From positions 1 through 52,249 of the IMG/VR virus record IMGVR_UViG_3300035135_001583: 52,249 nucleotides of DNA, one strand, 5' to 3'. The position numbers and the translations under genes are program-made. The DNA comes from a virus (lineage: Duplodnaviria; Caudoviricetes). Numbering within the stretch: position 1 is the stretch's first letter; each line of letters opens with the position of its first letter. A model generated the notes under the pieces. The model was not told the DNA's origin, did no database searches, and saw only the letters and a list, made by a program, of their open reading frames with translations. Positions 36,301 to 46,998 of the stretch are shown one piece after another.

Positions 36301-39300
36301 GATAAAGCAAGCAGATCCTGTTGCAGGAGGTTCTGTAAAGACGATCAGATTATCCTCAACACGATATGCATCGCGGTTAACCTGCATAACACCGTTCAGG
36401 AAGATTACAACGTTCTGACTTCTTTCTGCATAGAAAGGAACACCGTTTCTTTCCAATTCAAAAATAGTCTGAGCATCGTTAAACTGTGCTTCGACAGAAT
36501 CCAGTTTGTAATACTTACCTTGCTTGAATCCAAAGAATTTCTGCTGGATGCCAGGAGCAATCGTGGAAACACTAGCAACGTTTGCAGTCAACAGAGATGC
36601 TTCTGATGTAATAGTCTCTCCACCAACAAACTCATTCTTAGACATCTCAACTTGAATTCTGTTGGGGTTCGGGAAGTCCTGAGTAACAGAATTCAGCAGA
36701 TAGTTGTTGTTATTATATGCTGCTTCGTAGATTGTAGTAGTAACAATATTAAACAGTGTGTTGACAGCAGACTCAACTTGCTGGCAATAAGGATTAGCAC
36801 TGTCAATAGTAATAGTCAGGTCTCTGGTAGGAGTCAGAGTGCTATGAACCACAGGCCACTTGTAAGGAAGTGTTCTGGCGACATTTGCTTCAAATGTGCT
36901 GGGATTCTGAATAGCATTACCAACCAGATCAACCAGGGTGTTGATACCAGATTCTACAGTTGCGCACTCATTCGTTTCAACAGTAATGCTGTTATCAAAC
37001 ACCTGAGTGATTCCGTGGGTACCAACAGGTGTGACAACGTTGTTGCGAATGATATCAGCAGCGAGAGTTTTGACATTTGCAAAGACTTGGAGTGTTTCAG
37101 TTACTTGACTTGTGATATGCTCCAGGGCACCATCTCTATCAATATAGAGTTCTGCTGCATCCCAGGTGCGATTGTTTCCGCCATATTTTAGATTCCAAAC
37201 AATCGCATCTAACATATCCTTAACATCATCGACACAATTCACACTACCGCCAGGAATTGTGAATCCGCTATTTGCTGGATCTGCGAGCATTATTGCAACA
37301 GCTTCTTCGGCAAGGAAGTTTCTGTTACTAGTCAGCAGATTTGCGGCGTCAATAAAGACATCATCGACAGCGTTAGTCTTATTATAAACGTCATTGTATT
37401 TGCCAACTGCATTAGTTGTTGCACTAACAAATGTATGTACGTATTGTTGTCCAGCAGGAGATGCACCAACATTAACTGTCACGTTGTCACCGCTAACCCC
37501 GAGAACCTTTGTAACTGTCTCGAACATAGGGTCAGTGGAACGAGGATACGTATGTATCGTAGCGTTATTATCCTGATCGCAAGTAAAGGAAAGTGAATCA
37601 TTTTGGAATCCAACCAGATCATTTACTTTCAGATCGTGACCAGGAATGGTCATAACCATAGTGCCATTGCTTGCTGTGTAAGTAATGGCAGTAGGCGTCA
37701 TATTGAACGTGGTGTCGGTATAACGCTGCTCACCTGTTAAGTTGTCAATACCAAAATGATTGCGAATAGCAAGGATAGACATATCCTTGAAATACTTCAT
37801 TGCCCACAAAGTTGCTTCTACTTCACCTTCAATGTGCTTCAGATCAGAATCTGTAGCAGCAGGATCGAGAAGATATTCTTTAGCAGCATCATAAGTATTG
37901 CTATTACCACCCAACTGAAGGTCTCTAGAGATACTCTTCAGAACAGACTTGAGGTCAGTGATACACTGGTTTCTACCAAGACCAGGATAAGAGAACCCAG
38001 CAAACTTGCTGGTATTATCCAAGATACCAACTGCTTCTTCTGCAAGAATAGTGCTGTTATCTGCAAGAGAATCTGCAGCATTCAGGAATCTGTGATCGAC
38101 AAAATAACGCTTGGCAACAATTTCACCACGTGCGTCAGATGTGCTACCAACAACGAAATCGTTAACAAGGAAGTTAGTTGCATCACCAATTTCTAGTTCT
38201 AAGATCTTGCCAACCTGTCTAGGAGCTTCGGTGAACTCAATTCCACCCAAAGCAGCGGGAACTAGATCATATGCAACCCCAGGTTCCTGAACAACACCAT
38301 CGAGAGAAACAAACAGGTGATCATCCTGAACAATTTCGATTCCAAGATCAAAGTCTGTTGATGTGCCATCAAACTGACTGGTGATGTTATTTGCTTCCAG
38401 CATATAACGATCATTATTTGCGTTATCTTGGAACTTAATCGACTTACCATAGAATGTGACGCCAGGGACACTAATTCCAGTCGCAGGATCCACAAAAGGT
38501 CCAAGAGGAGCAACAGCAAATGTGATTGTTGATCCGCTAACTGTATATGCAGTGTCAGGATCCTGCAACACACCATCCAAGGTCACCAGCAACTGTTGTG
38601 CTTTGTAAGGTGTCAGAGGTTCGTTGATTTCCTTCTTAAACAGGGTAAACGTTCTTGTGCCAGTAGTGGTACCGTCCACTTGAACTTGACCATCAAAAGC
38701 AGGTGACAATGCGAGGTCGAATACTTCGATCTCAACGTTGTTTTGCTCACTGTAGTTAAGGGTACCCTTACCTCTTTCTTTACGGAAAGAATCGACCCTA
38801 ACGTGAGACTGCGTAATCCTGGTGGACTTATGAGAAGTAATAACACCAAGTACGCCAGGTTCGATAATACTAATAACAGCACCGAAACCATTATCCTTAG
38901 TTCCAGACTGAGGAGTATCAATGGTATCTGGTTGGGTACCATCAGCAAAGGATTCGATTAAAACTTCACCAAACAGGTTAAAACCTGCGGGGTGAGTAAA
39001 CTTCTTAACGAAGTCTCTCCAGTCATTAATCGAAACAGTGGATTTAACCACATAAGAATAATCTTGATAGTAAATACCATCTTGAATCTTCTGAGACACA
39101 GCAGACAGTTTACTGCGGTCACTCTGGTAAGCACCGATCGATGTACTAGTAGGACCGATAACTGGATCGATCTTAGCAACATAAATTTTCTGGATGTCTG
39201 CTGTACTACGTAGAGATTCACCGTAGATAGGATAGATATCCTCAAACTTACCGTCAATATTCTTCAAGCGAAGAATATTCATACCATCAACCCAGAAGTC

Positions 39301-42300
39301 AACACGACCTCTAGCAATTTCTACACCATATTGGTTCTTCTGAGTAACCAACTCTCCGTTAAGGAATGCTCTGGTTGGGAAGTTCCTGAGGGTCATCACA
39401 ATAGGAGGATTGACCGCAGGGAGCAGAGTAGGATCGTTATTAAAGTCCTTACCAGAAGAGATAATCTCTAATGTAGCAAGTTTGCCGATTTCTTCACCGT
39501 GAGCAAACAGTTGGTTGTCACTCTCGTACAGTCTCAATGTAGTGTTGGGACCATATCCAGAACCACCATCAGTGGGCACAATACGTCCCACAGCGCCCTG
39601 GTTGGTCAGTTCAACACGGAACTGAGCATTTGCACCGCCATCAGTGTTCTCAAGCAATACAATCGGTTTAGAGTAATTGAGACCTGTGTCGATCACAGTC
39701 ACCGACACAATCTTGCCATCTTCGACATTTGGTGTGAAAGATCCTCTAAAACGCTTGTTAAGGAACACACCAGGGAGAAGAGGTGGTATTGTGAAGTTCT
39801 TACCACCACTAATAACTTTCACTCTCTTAATAGAACCAACAGCATACAGAGAATCTGTATAATATTGGACGTTAGAGAATCCTTCTTGTTGTGGTGATTC
39901 TGGTAACCTATAAGCAAATTCATATTCATAACCATAGAATACAGCGTGCTTGCCAGCAAACGGATCTTCTATCAGTGTAAAGTATGAATTTTCAGCATCA
40001 ATTTGATCTAAAGCCTCATCATAGTAAATGATAGGAGGAACATCTAAAACAGGAGTTTGTTTCCAGTTAGTTCCATCAATAGGAATACCATAACCCAACT
40101 GGAACGAAGTATATGCACCAAGCTCGCCAGGTTTCGCTACCGTCTCATATGCTTGCAGCAAAGGTCTGGTTTTGTATACATTGCTGTAGAATTTAAGATG
40201 CTTGTTTAACAGAGATGAGTCACTAGTGTCGAAGATATAGCGATATGTTCTCTGGATATCAAGATGAATGTTTCTAAACCACTCACTGCTACCATCTTTT
40301 CTGAAACGGAATCTATATGACACATCTGTAGCAGAAGTAAGCAATGCTTGCTTAGCAGGAACACTTTCGTCAACAAAGACGGTGTTCTGATCCATCTTCA
40401 GATCATTGTCATTAGCATAATAAACAATCAATTCCTGAGTGCTAGGATTATAAGAGTCAACATATGCTACATTACTACCTTGGAAAGTAATAGTGCTATC
40501 TTTGGTGAATCTATAAGTGTTGGTAAGAAGAACGACATCAATATTATCTAAGTGATCGCCCTCTTCAGTATTATCATATCCTCTAGTAACAGTAAGAACG
40601 TTACCAGCAACATTAGTAACTTGTACCAACTCTGGGGGACGTTGCTCTGTTGAAATTTGAAGAACATCTCCTTGAGAGATGCTTGTAGCGTTATCAACAA
40701 TAAGTTCAGTATCACCTATACCAAAACCTGCAGCATCAACAAAGAAAGCACATCTGTTGCTGTTAACACCACCACCCAGTTGCCCAACAGCACAAGTAAT
40801 AATGTCTCCGTAGATGTACTCTGCGCCAGGTGACGCGATGACAGCAGACTCAACTCGTCCATCGGCATTTGTAGTAATGTTTAGAGCACCGTGAGTTACC
40901 GCTTCACCTGTACCACCGCTACCACTGAAAAATTCGACTGGAACATCGTTGAAAGTTGTGCTAGGAGTAAATCCACTACCAGCACCAATCAAAGTGAGTC
41001 TAGAGAGACCAGAGTCGTTAATCTTGGTTGATTTAACGATATCTTGCAGATGAAGAGAATGGTAGTATTTCGTTTGGACAAAATACCTCTGAGTTGCAAT
41101 ACTAGCGTCAGGTTCAACTGTGACGATAACATCATCGCCAACTGCAAGACCGTGAACCTTATCTCTGGTTTTAAGGACTGCGATGTTATCTTCAATGTCT
41201 AGCAGTTTAAATCCTTTAGACAAAGACTTAACATTAACAATAATTGCAGATGTTGCGCCTAAAGCAATACCATCGCCAACATTGAAGTATCCGATCTCTG
41301 TATAAGAAGATCTAGGGATAGTAATGGTTGTAACGCCATCAGTGTCTAATGTTGTCAGTTCTTGTGGGTTTGCAGGTTGTAATTCAACAATAACAGTGTT
41401 TTTGTCAAAAACATTGCGCAGAACTCTACCAATAGCGACTTCGTGCGCAACACCACTAGATTGGACTTGTAAAACGACTTCATCTCCAACATTGGCAACA
41501 ACAGTGCCATTGAACGTCAGATTGTAAATTTCAGTATCGGAATTTACATTATCGGTTAAATTAAACGTTCCTGTAACATTTTTTACGACAAACTGGTCAT
41601 TTTCTTCAATTTGACCAATAACTTGTGCAGTAGCGTTAGTATTCTCCTGAGTTATTGTTGTTTCGTGATTTAAGTACAGTTTTGCGTCTGTAGTGAAATA
41701 ATTGTTCTTAGGAGAGTTGCAAGACAGCGATTCTACAATTTGACCTTGAATTTGATCAACAGCAGCAAAAAGACCGTCTCCACTATCATTAGTAGAGTTA
41801 TCGACGTAAATAACGTCTTCATTAGTATAATTGACCGAAGAACTGTGAACTTCGATGTTAGTGACTGGTCCGTAGTTGACACCACTAACTCTAGACGTTA
41901 ATAGTTCGCCAGAATTCTCTGAAGCGTTAACACGGCGTCTACGAACACCGTTAGTTGGCAAATCGTGCTGTCTAGACTTATATTTCCAGTTTTCTTCTAC
42001 AGGAACGTTATAGAACGCTTCACCAACTGAATATGGGAAGACGGGAGTCTCATTTGAGTCTGTAGTTAAGAAATATGCATATACTCCGTTTGGAAACTCT
42101 GGAGTAGTGCAAAAACGACCATTATTAGGATCCAGGTCTCCAAGACGCTCTTCATATTCGTAATCGTTTACAAAACGACCTAAAGAGTAAGTTACTTCGC
42201 TAGGAGCGTCGGTTCCCCGAGTAGTTTTAAGTTTCCACGAAGATTGGAGACGTTTGATGACAGGATTTGCTGCATCGATGTCTTGATAAGGATTATCGTA

Positions 42301-44754
42301 ACCAAATGAACCATAAATCGGATTTCCGTCATATGCCCATCCTAAAATCGGAGAGTGAGACTTATTAGTAAGAGGGTTACCCTGACTATCGACGTTATCG
42401 GATCTTTGGATCTTCAGAGAGGTTGGAGCAATGATATGTCCGTATGCATTACCGTAAGTTTGGTCTTGAGATGCATAAACGATACCACCAGCATTACCGT
42501 TGTCTACAACATTAGAAAAATAGGAATTGTAGTGCCAATTTGTTAAAACTGCTTCTGCAGTCGCTCCTCTGTTCCTAGCAGCAAGTGTAACAGTGGTTGT
42601 TTCTGGTTGATAGTCAAATCCACCAGATAACTTAGTAAATCCTGTAATAGTGCCTGTAGTAGTGTCAATTTGACAAGTAAACAATGCACCCTTACCTCTA
42701 CCACTAGAATCGTAGATAAAGACGTTAGGAGCTTCTGTATAATCTTGACCAGCGTCAACAATCTGTGCTAACTCGTTAACAGCGAGTGTAATATCGTCAA
42801 CTTGACCCTGAGAAATCTGAACATTAAATTCACCACCAGATCCTGAGGTAAATGTTACGGAAGGAGCTTCTGTATACCCAGATCCAGTATTTGTAATGTC
42901 AACTTTAACAACTTCACCTAAACCATTGATTTCTGCAGTAGCAGATGCACTACCTTCTACAATTACCTTAGGAGCTGCTGTATATCCTCTACCACTATTG
43001 GTAATGTTGATAGATGCAACTGCACCAAAAGCAATACTCTCAGGAGACCTGTGATTTAGAAGAGGAACGCCATTAACAAGAACACCAACTTCTGCTGCTG
43101 TAGATGTCTGCTTGGTTGACGCATTAATAGGAGTTCTAGGCAGAATCTTGAGGTGTTCTTGATCCTGAGGAACTTTAGTGTTATCAAAAGGTCCAATTGG
43201 ATACGATGGGAATCCAGAAGACGCAATATAGTAATTATTCTCGTCTCGATAGATTGCAGTCACGTTTGACAGCAATTTATCCTTAATGCTGCTAGATCCA
43301 ATGTTTGTAGGATCAGATGCAGAGAGTTTAGTAAAATCTTCATTGACAACCCACTCATTAGTCTTTGGATCGTCGTCGAAAAATCCAGAAGAGGAAAATT
43401 CGACCATATTGTCGAGATTAACATAAGGAATGCCACCATCTTCGACATCAAAATAGTTTTCCGACTGTTCGTCGTAATCTAAACCAAAAGAACTGTCTTT
43501 TTCGATTCCCTGACTTGTAAGACCAGAAATAAGACCATAGATTCTCAGTTTAACTTCACGTTGAATGCCAAATTCATCTTGGTAGAAACCAGAGAGGTTG
43601 TTTTTAGTAAAACAACGCACATTCTTCTTATGAGAGAACTTTCTCTTGGCCGCGGCGTCAATATTGACAGAATCACGCTCGGAGATGATGAATTGAGTTG
43701 CAGTCTTCGTGCTATAAGTGATTTCTTCCTCATTGATGACAACACGACCGTCTCTCTCGGGAAAACCGATAGTAGAGAACACATCGATGCGATCTCCAAC
43801 CCCAGCATTCTCCGAAAGATCGTTCATTAGGAAAGAACGACGTGCAATCGCAAATCTACCTGCCTTAGAACCAGGAGAAACCGTTAATGTGTAAAGACGA
43901 CTGCCTTGATAAGGTTCACCGACGATATTATCAATAATTGCGGTCGATGTAGTCAGTTCGGGGTTGTAGGGATCGGGTGTTTGTCTAATTTCGTTACCAA
44001 CGATCTCCCTGATGTCTCCAGAGATGACTTCGACCAGTAAAAGTTCTTTACTGTTCCATCCAGACTCGGATGCCTTGAAGACATTCTCTTTTGGATAGAA
44101 AATGTCTGGTTTAACACTAAAAAGAATCTGGAAAATGAATTCCAGAGATTGTGGCGTACCCTTGACTTGGTAAAAGTCCTTAATACGCTTAACAAGTAAG
44201 TTTTTGTTACTTTGATCTCTCAGATACTGATATGGGAAACCAGAAGTGTACTGTTCCTCATATTGTTTGATCAAAGCTGCCAAAAGCAGGTTGCTCAGAT
44301 TGCTAACTTCAGCAAATTGCTTGTGAACCTGAACATTACTCTCAACAAAAGTAATATCGTTATATAAATCACCAATCTTTGTCTTTGCGCTATATCCTCT
44401 AACGCAATTTACGAACATTGTCGGAGTTTTACTCTCATACAGGAAAATTTCCTGATCGATCATTATAAGACCGTTCTTATCAGGGAATCCATCTGTCGAA
44501 TCTACAGAGATATGGATTTTGTCACTGCTAAGAGGTAAATCCGTCTGTAAACTGCAAGTCTTAACTAAGACTTCAGGTGAGAAAGTATCTACATCGAGAA
44601 ACTTCTCAAAATTGTTGATGATATCCTGCGGACCTTCACTAATCGAGATCGCTTCATAATATTTCGACAGGAAGTTTGTAACGAGGGGGTAATCCTCGAC
44701 AATAAAATCTGGTAACTGATTATCAATCAGTGCTGCGAGACTAGGACCTGCCAT
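33400..44754 (-). CDS. gp7: Baseplate wedge initiator, greatly enlarged multidomain form (3784 aa)
   Basis: LIDNQLPDFIVEDYP...FLSKYYE, IKDFYQVKGT, KIQDGIYYQDYSYVVKS, HPAGFNLFG; lies between gp6 and gp8. Confidence 0.9.
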   Translation of the reverse strand: MAGPSLAALIDNQLPDFIVEDYPLVTNFLSKYYEAISISEGPQDIINNFEKFLDVDTFSPEVLVKTCSLQTDLPLSSDKIHISVDSTDGFPDKNGLIMIDQEIFLYESKTPTMFVNCVRGYSAKTKIGDLYNDITFVESNVQVHKQFAEVSNLSNLLLAALIKQYEEQYTSGFPYQYLRDQSNKNLLVKRIKDFYQVKGTPQSLEFIFQILFSVKPDIFYPKENVFKASESGWNSKELLLVEVISGDIREIVGNEIRQTPDPYNPELTTSTAIIDNIVGEPYQGSRLYTLTVSPGSKAGRFAIARRSFLMNDLSENAGVGDRIDVFSTIGFPERDGRVVINEEEITYSTKTATQFIISERDSVNIDAAAKRKFSHKKNVRCFTKNNLSGFYQDEFGIQREVKLRIYGLISGLTSQGIEKDSSFGLDYDEQSENYFDVEDGGIPYVNLDNMVEFSSSGFFDDDPKTNEWVVNEDFTKLSASDPTNIGSSSIKDKLLSNVTAIYRDENNYYIASSGFPSYPIGPFDNTKVPQDQEHLKILPRTPINASTKQTSTAAEVGVLVNGVPLLNHRSPESIAFGAVASINITNSGRGYTAAPKVIVEGSASATAEINGLGEVVKVDITNTGSGYTEAPSVTFTSGSGGEFNVQISQGQVDDITLAVNELAQIVDAGQDYTEAPNVFIYDSSGRGKGALFTCQIDTTTGTITGFTKLSGGFDYQPETTTVTLAARNRGATAEAVLTNWHYNSYFSNVVDNGNAGGIVYASQDQTYGNAYGHIIAPTSLKIQRSDNVDSQGNPLTNKSHSPILGWAYDGNPIYGSFGYDNPYQDIDAANPVIKRLQSSWKLKTTRGTDAPSEVTYSLGRFVNDYEYEERLGDLDPNNGRFCTTPEFPNGVYAYFLTTDSNETPVFPYSVGEAFYNVPVEENWKYKSRQHDLPTNGVRRRRVNASENSGELLTSRVSGVNYGPVTNIEVHSSSVNYTNEDVIYVDNSTNDSGDGLFAAVDQIQGQIVESLSCNSPKNNYFTTDAKLYLNHETTITQENTNATAQVIGQIEENDQFVVKNVTGTFNLTDNVNSDTEIYNLTFNGTVVANVGDEVVLQVQSSGVAHEVAIGRVLRNVFDKNTVIVELQPANPQELTTLDTDGVTTITIPRSSYTEIGYFNVGDGIALGATSAIIVNVKSLSKGFKLLDIEDNIAVLKTRDKVHGLAVGDDVIVTVEPDASIATQRYFVQTKYYHSLHLQDIVKSTKINDSGLSRLTLIGAGSGFTPSTTFNDVPVEFFSGSGGTGEAVTHGALNITTNADGRVESAVIASPGAEYIYGDIITCAVGQLGGGVNSNRCAFFVDAAGFGIGDTELIVDNATSISQGDVLQISTEQRPPELVQVTNVAGNVLTVTRGYDNTEEGDHLDNIDVVLLTNTYRFTKDSTITFQGSNVAYVDSYNPSTQELIVYYANDNDLKMDQNTVFVDESVPAKQALLTSATDVSYRFRFRKDGSSEWFRNIHLDIQRTYRYIFDTSDSSLLNKHLKFYSNVYKTRPLLQAYETVAKPGELGAYTSFQLGYGIPIDGTNWKQTPVLDVPPIIYYDEALDQIDAENSYFTLIEDPFAGKHAVFYGYEYEFAYRLPESPQQEGFSNVQYYTDSLYAVGSIKRVKVISGGKNFTIPPLLPGVFLNKRFRGSFTPNVEDGKIVSVTVIDTGLNYSKPIVLLENTDGGANAQFRVELTNQGAVGRIVPTDGGSGYGPNTTLRLYESDNQLFAHGEEIGKLATLEIISSGKDFNNDPTLLPAVNPPIVMTLRNFPTRAFLNGELVTQKNQYGVEIARGRVDFWVDGMNILRLKNIDGKFEDIYPIYGESLRSTADIQKIYVAKIDPVIGPTSTSIGAYQSDRSKLSAVSQKIQDGIYYQDYSYVVKSTVSINDWRDFVKKFTHPAGFNLFGEVLIESFADGTQPDTIDTPQSGTKDNGFGAVISIIEPGVLGVITSHKSTRITQSHVRVDSFRKERGKGTLNYSEQNNVEIEVFDLALSPAFDGQVQVDGTTTGTRTFTLFKKEINEPLTPYKAQQLLVTLDGVLQDPDTAYTVSGSTITFAVAPLGPFVDPATGISVPGVTFYGKSIKFQDNANNDRYMLEANNITSQFDGTSTDFDLGIEIVQDDHLFVSLDGVVQEPGVAYDLVPAALGGIEFTEAPRQVGKILELEIGDATNFLVNDFVVGSTSDARGEIVAKRYFVDHRFLNAADSLADNSTILAEEAVGILDNTSKFAGFSYPGLGRNQCITDLKSVLKSISRDLQLGGNSNTYDAAKEYLLDPAATDSDLKHIEGEVEATLWAMKYFKDMSILAIRNHFGIDNLTGEQRYTDTTFNMTPTAITYTASNGTMVMTIPGHDLKVNDLVGFQNDSLSFTCDQDNNATIHTYPRSTDPMFETVTKVLGVSGDNVTVNVGASPAGQQYVHTFVSATTNAVGKYNDVYNKTNAVDDVFIDAANLLTSNRNFLAEEAVAIMLADPANSGFTIPGGSVNCVDDVKDMLDAIVWNLKYGGNNRTWDAAELYIDRDGALEHITSQVTETLQVFANVKTLAADIIRNNVVTPVGTHGITQVFDNSITVETNECATVESGINTLVDLVGNAIQNPSTFEANVARTLPYKWPVVHSTLTPTRDLTITIDSANPYCQQVESAVNTLFNIVTTTIYEAAYNNNNYLLNSVTQDFPNPNRIQVEMSKNEFVGGETITSEASLLTANVASVSTIAPGIQQKFFGFKQGKYYKLDSVEAQFNDAQTIFELERNGVPFYAERSQNVVIFLNGVMQVNRDAYRVEDNLIVFTEPPATGSACFILYFYGLDPERVLLGFNIEPPGTFKKFFKLTLDQQILLPLEGAECWISTEPVTGTTREYPYSFARGRIYKQSWTPGQQNILFVEGVTAQKQNWLNGTLSVTRDRGASPSIIDLQIIGVEESVNDSLREKLFNRQDRISSNLTSGDLIQIDGEADTRSIVRAAREALVTSGYDSDTSGNVASFFRSYEYEVVLNVGPYSGQIEGTGAQAIARIDAEVRFHTLTSSRQEGVEFLPGDVVVQYQDQNDISSPVVWQGEVKSYSASRKTIEFRSEYIDGNPYTDPSATAFRPGERIYIDNVSSTNAVAIQYLKAGGVNSVVLTKRDNSAYYESYREWHQANIKNKGEDLLGGSFVPKNASANDEPGHYDFSSSLYDDQLQPQTSVNYREPPVMIFRSQPVVDTNGDPLGSPTGGGARASAIVVRGEVVDTELISTGSGYKVPPQVLFTRGYFVTRPNALKIANFTTFGIEPPRMDATVNELPISSFLDVIFKGGDQRQWSRFNSWCPIGENIVFGNAGAPIWRVKKYYDGRVIIQKILDLGPTMHPQPEIYINLAPEEVRCQYNKTELLQSQMTGGVQGVSVAITRHRKSETMVQYQSGVVERRADNNPDMRGFDSFSTGSLGPSIGSLESMKFEIQPQTNSTIGQNGYYTDSAGRQINYVMGDMTIEFWSNLYPNLTIGDFENPEITNSQVYATGDKDGHFRYQQGAEFHFRTSSKAMVLDNTFGDDVVLVNSTKGFPASGGRFIVGVPGTDTREEMSYTSATSDRFLGVQRLNPLSAVEEGSRFTEMPMTPTDINVSVRNGGTGLSYNGFFVSDVQYYAFYGGSTGNDRWIQWEFSTTDQIATFQNHTTITTEYIRGNMSNGGETPGQDLECFFWTQATGYVKAGNVWEYTSASFSNDVGIDWSTTTLTIPATVQTEINAGNSFRLYYQQLNIQASAADYFALRTWWLDDIDSEPTYPVGSVVLTANKF

Positions 44755-44757
44755 TTA

Positions 44758-46572
44758 TTAGATTAACGATTCTTTTTTGATAAGGAAGACGCTGCTTGTT
44801 AAGTCGAGACTTAAGTAAGCTTCACGCAGTGCATTAATGTCTTTGTTTTTGGGCAATACACGGAGTTCAATCCTGTCATCATCATAAGTTCCCTTGATTA
44901 TATTTAACCGATTCAGCATAACCTCTCCACGGAGGTAATCAACGGTACCGACTTGTGAATTCAAGACAAAACGGTCTTTTGTAGTCGGGTCGATCTTATA
45001 AAGATAGATATTTCCTACCTGATCGTCAGCAAGGTATACAATGTCACTAGGAAAGTCTGCTAAAACGAATCCTGTGCTCTGAATAGCGGGTTCTGAACAC
45101 CCGCTCTTGATAATATTCTGATAACAAATTTCATATTGTGTTACCGTGTTAAGAACAGGGATAAAATCTTTTCTTAACTTAATAGAAGTCTCATTAGATG
45201 TAATCGAATCATCGGTAGCATCAATGATACCGACGACACGACTATATTTAAATCTACCGTTGAATTTCTCTAGATCAGATGTGGATCTATAAGAAGAAAG
45301 AGATTGAATAACCTCTGCTTTCAACTGCGAATCGTTAAGAGTCGTCTTAGACTGGTTGAAGTATACAATTGAGTCTAATTCAACATAAGTGATAGAAGGA
45401 TCAACGATCTCTGGTGTCACAGACACCACAGCATACTTCTTAAGTTCTGTTGATATTAAATTTTTTGTGTATTGCGACAGTTTTGACGCAAAACTGGGTT
45501 TGATTACAATCTTGACCTTTCCGTACTCGGGAGGGTCAGCTTCTTCTCCACCAAAGCAAACAATGTCAGCAATCGCAGGGTATATATTACGGATAATGGA
45601 TTCGTAGTCATCTGCGGTAACTGCTCGATTTTGCGAATTGAAAAATTTCGGAGCGTTTCTTTTAATACTGTCGATTGACTCAAGTTCTTCGCCTCCAGAC
45701 GCCGCTGTAATAGTTGTTAAATTGATCTCAGGTGCATAATTGAAGTTACCTACAGCATCTTCCAGTACAGCGGCATATGTGAACACTCTGGCGGCATTAG
45801 CATCCGCACCAGCAGTCACGATGTAAGAGATTTCGATGTAATTATTGGTTTGGAGTTTCTTTCCTAATACCCCGTCACCAAAAATAATTTCATATCTCTC
45901 ATCTTCGCCTTCTTGTAAGTAGAAGATTGCAGAATCGCCATTAAAACCAATGATGTTGTCTGCTAATCTATACTCAGTAACATTCGTATTATCTAATGTT
46001 TCCCTAACCGTTACCTTAATGGTACTAGTATCAATATTAGAGTTCCTCAGAACAAAACGTTGAGGAATTGAAGCATTATAGGTAAAATTCTCTTGAACGT
46101 AATTACCCTCTTTGATTTCAACATCTTGGAACATTGCAAGATAGTTGGAATCTAATCCAGCGACATAATCCTTGGGTGTAATGAAGGAATATGTGACTCC
46201 ATTGATTCGGGTTAGAAACTGCGACCCTCGTGGTAACTTAACAGTCTCTGGAATATTCTGTTCAGCAGAAAAATTAGCAGTAATCTGAATTACTGCAGTC
46301 GGTGCTACTGTTGACTTCGGAACGTAACCAATTTGCTTCGCCAGAGACACCACATTGTCCCTGAGAGTGGCGGAAGTAAGGAATGCTTCATTGACTACCA
46401 TATTGGCGTTAAACGCCGTGTAGTAGGTGTTATAAGCAAGAACATCCAACAGGGTCGATAATGTCGAACCTTCAAAGTCGTAATCAGTAAAGTCGCTATT
46501 AGACCTCAGGTACTCTTTGAGCGCCTGCTTTACCTGATCAAAATCTAAGTTTGCAACCTGAATGTAAGACAT
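44758..46572 (-). CDS. gp6: Baseplate wedge subunit
   Basis: LDFDQVKQALKEYL, FTDYDFEGS, LAYNTYY, QNRAVTADDY, PPEYGKV. Confidence 0.95.
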   Translation of the reverse strand: MSYIQVANLDFDQVKQALKEYLRSNSDFTDYDFEGSTLSTLLDVLAYNTYYTAFNANMVVNEAFLTSATLRDNVVSLAKQIGYVPKSTVAPTAVIQITANFSAEQNIPETVKLPRGSQFLTRINGVTYSFITPKDYVAGLDSNYLAMFQDVEIKEGNYVQENFTYNASIPQRFVLRNSNIDTSTIKVTVRETLDNTNVTEYRLADNIIGFNGDSAIFYLQEGEDERYEIIFGDGVLGKKLQTNNYIEISYIVTAGADANAARVFTYAAVLEDAVGNFNYAPEINLTTITAASGGEELESIDSIKRNAPKFFNSQNRAVTADDYESIIRNIYPAIADIVCFGGEEADPPEYGKVKIVIKPSFASKLSQYTKNLISTELKKYAVVSVTPEIVDPSITYVELDSIVYFNQSKTTLNDSQLKAEVIQSLSSYRSTSDLEKFNGRFKYSRVVGIIDATDDSITSNETSIKLRKDFIPVLNTVTQYEICYQNIIKSGCSEPAIQSTGFVLADFPSDIVYLADDQVGNIYLYKIDPTTKDRFVLNSQVGTVDYLRGEVMLNRLNIIKGTYDDDRIELRVLPKNKDINALREAYLSLDLTSSVFLIKKESLI

Positions 46573-46970
46573 TATCGTGTTCTTTCTAAGAAGAATTCTA
46601 CTTCGCGTACTTGAACGTCAGTTTCGACACCAACAATCTCGAATGAGATAGCAACATCAAAACCATTGTTATCGTAATTAGCATCTACATCAGCACGAAG
46701 CAGATTGACTCTGGGTTCGTACTTTCTAATTACGTATGTAATCTCTTCTTGAATTAAAGAAGCAGTAGCGGCATCTAGAGGTTCAAACAGAAGTTCGGCA
46801 ATGTTGCTACCGAGATCTGGTTTAAAGAACCTCTCCCCCTTACGGGTCATAATAATATTGTACAACGCCCTTTTGACTGCGGCTTCACCCGTAGTCACCA
46901 GAACATCTTCTGTGATGGGATTGAGACCCATCGAGATGGATAGGTCTTTAAATTTGACCTCTCTTGGCAT
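46572..46970 (-). CDS. gp25: Baseplate wedge subunit / sheath initiator
   Basis: FKDLSIS, AVKRALYNIIMTRKGERFFKPDLGS, YEPRV, FLERTR. Confidence 0.95.
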   Translation of the reverse strand: MPREVKFKDLSISMGLNPITEDVLVTTGEAAVKRALYNIIMTRKGERFFKPDLGSNIAELLFEPLDAATASLIQEEITYVIRKYEPRVNLLRADVDANYDNNGFDVAISFEIVGVETDVQVREVEFFLERTR

Positions 46971-46998
46971 TGTAGATTAGGGTTCTTTACTATGTATA

